From: Thermoplasmata archaeon
Lineage (GTDB): Archaea > Thermoplasmatota > Thermoplasmata > RBG-16-68-12 > JAFNFQ01
Length of the DNA: 16,648 nucleotides
Direction of reading: 5' to 3'
NCBI GenBank assembly: GCA_041489255.1
Contig: JBGPQV010000033.1
Span: forward strand, 1 to 16,648
Part shown: positions 14,074 through 16,648 of the stretch, one piece after another
Layout: every line of letters starts with the position of its first letter
Numbering within the stretch: the first letter of the stretch is position 1
The notes under the pieces: generated by a model
Seen by the model: only the letters and a program-made list of their open reading frames with translations
Database searches by the model: none
Told to the model about the DNA's origin: nothing
Position numbers and translations under genes: made by a program

Positions 14074-14976
14074 GTGGCATGCATGGGAAGAGGAGCGTCG
14101 ACCGAAATCGCGCTAAAGAATATTCTCAGGGACGTCAACAGGCGTTTCCCCAAGGCAGGGCTGCCGAAGCCCTCGCTCTCGCTTGACAGGTTCAAAGTGA
14201 GGCCATACATGGACACTGCCCTGAACAGCCTCGGCATCAGGGAATACTCAACCGTGAGATTTCCGGTGAACGGCTCGTCCTTCACCGTGAACGTCAGGTC
14301 CGGCGTCTTCTGGAAGGTCGTCGAGGAAAGGATGTTCGAGCCGAAATGCCTCGAGCATGTCTTCAAGGTGATGCGCGAGGGCTCCAGGGTCCTCGACATC
14401 GGCGCAGGGTTCGGTGCCTATTCTATCCTGTTCTCCAGGATGACGGGCAGCCGCGGCGAGGTGCACGCCTTCGAGCCCGACCCCGTGTCAAGGGAGATCC
14501 TCGGCGACAATGTCCGGAGGAATCGCATCTCGAACGTGCGGGTGCAGGGCCTCTGCGTCTCGAGCACCCTCGGCACCGCCATCTTGAGGAGCAGGATGTG
14601 GGGCAGCGGCAGGAGCACGATCATGGAGCACGCGGATCCCCAGGCGATGTTGGAGAGGAAGGTCGAGACCACGACCGTCGACAGGTTCTGCGAGGACAAC
14701 GACTTCCGTCCGGACGGCATGAAGATAGACGTCGAGGGCGCGGAGGGGTTGGTCCTTGCGGGTGCGATGAAGACGATCGAGGGGTGCTCCCCCTGGATCC
14801 TCCTGGAGTTCCACGGCGGGCTTGCGCCTGAGCAGCTGAAGGCAAACTGGCTTCTGGCGACCAACTCGGCGAAGAAGGTCATCTACCTGGACGGTTCAAG
14901 CAAAGTCCATTCCTACGGCGACGAGCTCGACTCCACGCCGGACAGCCACGCCTTCCACGTTTTCATCGAGCACTGA
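14074..14976 (+). CDS. FkbM-family SAM methyltransferase
   Basis: VLDIGAGFGAYS, VHAFEP, KIDVEGAEGLVLAG. Start uncertain (14074 or 14083). Confidence 0.88.
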   Translation: MACMGRGASTEIALKNILRDVNRRFPKAGLPKPSLSLDRFKVRPYMDTALNSLGIREYSTVRFPVNGSSFTVNVRSGVFWKVVEERMFEPKCLEHVFKVMREGSRVLDIGAGFGAYSILFSRMTGSRGEVHAFEPDPVSREILGDNVRRNRISNVRVQGLCVSSTLGTAILRSRMWGSGRSTIMEHADPQAMLERKVETTTVDRFCEDNDFRPDGMKIDVEGAEGLVLAGAMKTIEGCSPWILLEFHGGLAPEQLKANWLLATNSAKKVIYLDGSSKVHSYGDELDSTPDSHAFHVFIEH

Positions 14977-14988
14977 TGGCGCCGCCGG

Positions 14989-15651
14989 CTACTTCCCCTT
15001 CCTCTCGTGCGCCTGTATCGACGGCCTCAGCTTCTCCGCGCCCTTGCCCTTGTGCATCAGCCCGCGCCCCTTCTTGCCCGCCGAGGTCAGGCCCCTGTAA
15101 GCACGCCCCCGGTGCTGCGGCTCGCATATCCAGTTGATCTTGGGGTCCGCCCTGATGACCGGGTGGTTCGGATCGACGAGGATGACCTCGAAATACTTGT
15201 GCATCCCGTCCTCCCCGACCCAGTACGAGTTGAGGACCTCCATGTTCGGATAGTGCTTCATCACGCGCTCTTCTGCGATGCGCTGGATGTTCTTCGCCAT
15301 TGTGATCTTGAGGATGCCGCGCCTCTTCGGCTTTCGGCCGCCCTGTGGCGGTATCTTCCTCAGGCCGCCGCGCCTGACGCGCGCCCTGACGATGACATAA
15401 CCCTGCTTCGCCTTGTAGCCCAGTTCCCGGGCGCGGTCGAGGCGGGTCGGATGCTCAAGGCGCACGAAGCTCTGCCCCCGCCGCCACTCTATCTGCCTAC
15501 TGATCTTCAGCCCGGCCACGCTGCCCTTCGAAGGGACCTTCCACGCTTCCCGGATGTGGGAGTATAGGTTCCTAGGTCTCCTCGGCTGCTTCTCCCCCTC
15601 CACTTCGACGCTCGGTGGAGCGGCTTCAGGTGCTTTTTTCTCCTCTGCCAT
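14989..15651 (-). CDS. rpl15e: 50S ribosomal protein L15e
   Basis: [82 protein letters not shown] precedes the ATG. Confidence 0.97.
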   Translation of the reverse strand: MAEEKKAPEAAPPSVEVEGEKQPRRPRNLYSHIREAWKVPSKGSVAGLKISRQIEWRRGQSFVRLEHPTRLDRARELGYKAKQGYVIVRARVRRGGLRKIPPQGGRKPKRRGILKITMAKNIQRIAEERVMKHYPNMEVLNSYWVGEDGMHKYFEVILVDPNHPVIRADPKINWICEPQHRGRAYRGLTSAGKKGRGLMHKGKGAEKLRPSIQAHERKGK

Positions 15652-15740
15652 GGAATCACCCCTGGATTTGCGGATTCGCCTTGCGGTACATCTCCAGACC
15701 AGGGAAAGTGGGCCGATTGAAGCATGGTGCTGTATTAAAG
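15652..15740 (-). promoter_or_regulatory. rpl15e promoter and structured 5' leader (candidate eL15 ribosomal leader)
   Basis: Minus-strand TTTAATA at 15733-15739. CCCTGG/CCAGGG stem (15699-15704 with 15660-15665) overlaps the SD and encloses a CC-GCAA-GG GNRA hairpin (15679-15686). Confidence 0.6.
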
Positions 15741-15801
15741 GATTCGCATCAGTGCGCCTCTGGACGTTCGCCTACCGGGGACCGCAGACACCAAGCACGC
15801 T

Positions 15802-16386
15802 CTACTGCGGCGGGAACGGAGGCTGCTGAGGCGGCTGCATCGGGGGCATCATCTGCGCCTGTGCCGCCTTCCTCTTCCTGCCGCGCACCACCGCGCCTAT
15901 GACCGCCACGATGACGATGATGACGATAAACACGAGAACGCCGACAAGCCAGTCCGGGATTGCCGGAGCGAAGGTCTTGATGGTCACCGTGTAGTCAAGA
16001 TCGTCCGGGTATGAGGTTGAGATCGTAACGGTGAAATCAGTCCCGTCGTCAGAGCTGACAAGGAATTCATTCGAGTAGCTCTGGACGCAATTCTCCTGGG
16101 AGTAGGCCACCAGGTATTGGGATTGCATGGTGATGTCGTGCCCCTTGGAGAAGAAGAGCAGGGCGCAACCACCAGGCGTGTTGACACTCACTGAATACTT
16201 GATGTGCTCTCCCGATTTCGCCGTGAGCTCGAAGTTGTCCATGATCGAGGCGTTGCTCAGAATCACAGTTCTCGTGTAGTCTGACGAATCCACACTGTAG
16301 ACCGTCGCCGAGGCGGGCGTGCTGCCGATCAACAGAAGCGCCGCGAAGACAGCCATGCACACGCTGACTGACCGAATTCCCCTCAT
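15802..16386 (-). CDS. Secreted, C-terminally membrane-anchored hypothetical protein
   Basis: Signal-peptide-like N-terminus (...LLLIGSTPASA), S/T-rich ectodomain, hydrophobic helix WLVGVLVFIVIIVIVAVIGAVV, then RGRKRK and a P/Q-rich tail. Confidence 0.8.
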   Translation of the reverse strand: MRGIRSVSVCMAVFAALLLIGSTPASATVYSVDSSDYTRTVILSNASIMDNFELTAKSGEHIKYSVSVNTPGGCALLFFSKGHDITMQSQYLVAYSQENCVQSYSNEFLVSSDDGTDFTVTISTSYPDDLDYTVTIKTFAPAIPDWLVGVLVFIVIIVIVAVIGAVVRGRKRKAAQAQMMPPMQPPQQPPFPPQ

Positions 16387-16444
16387 TTCAAACACCCTTG
16401 GAGCCGGGGATTGGGAGCACGATACTTAAAGGTTCCATCGCCCT

Positions 16445-16648
16445 GGGCTTTGGGACAATTAGCTCGATGGTGCTCGCTGGCAATCGAGCGTGATTCCTTC
16501 CAGGTAGCACAGCCTCCGCAGGTTCTCCCTGCAGAACCGCGCCTTGATCTCGGTCTCCTTCCTGTCGTCAAGCTTCCTCATGATCGGGCGGGGGTCCATC
16601 CTCTTCTCCGCGGAGAATCCTGACTCCGCGATCGACCTGGGATGGTAC
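16445..16648 (-). mobile_element. End of an IS5/IS4-like element: transposase C-terminus (16459-16647, partial) plus candidate terminal repeat
   Basis: An unlisted minus-strand frame reads YHPRSIAESGFSAEKR...RKETEIKARFCRENLRRL...* (Y-x2-R-x3-E-x6-K, the YREK motif). GGGCTTTGGGACAA at 16445-16458 lies next to the stop. Confidence 0.7.

Noticed and set aside
13334-14976. GNAT and FkbM genes as further array cassettes
   Set aside because: I found no repeat copy after 13299, and they lead into rpl15e, so I treat them as flanking chromosome.
16383-16623. ORFs 16411-16623 (+) and 16383-16571 (-)
   Set aside because: A different minus-strand frame with a transposase YREK motif explains the region better.

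Overview
Archaeal DNA of about 60% GC by eye, with rpl15e, TATA-type promoters and leaderless genes; Thermoplasmata-like is my inference. The first ~13.3 kb is an integron-like array. Nine compact cargo cassettes are separated by ten direct copies (R1-R10) of the 3' end of one amino-methyltransferase gene, with a 147-bp core encoding QHKMKSTREKWRG...NSVKWR*. The cargo is almost all toxin-antitoxin or defence-type: three paralogous HEPN-like + nucleotidyltransferase pairs, a Panacea-like + PIN pair, an HNH nuclease preceded by an IS, an archaeal AAA ATPase, HicBA, a DUF4258-like + YgiT-Zn/AbrB pair, and wHTH-MNT + HEPN. The repeat copies differ mostly at synonymous sites, keep an inverted TGGCGGG/CCCGCCA pair, and the most decayed copies tend to lie at the right end. 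No integrase is visible in the window. The right ~3.3 kb is ordinary chromosome: a GNAT, an FkbM methyltransferase, rpl15e with a structured leader, a membrane-anchored protein and the end of an IS5-like element. All family calls come from motif recognition by eye; no database searches were run.
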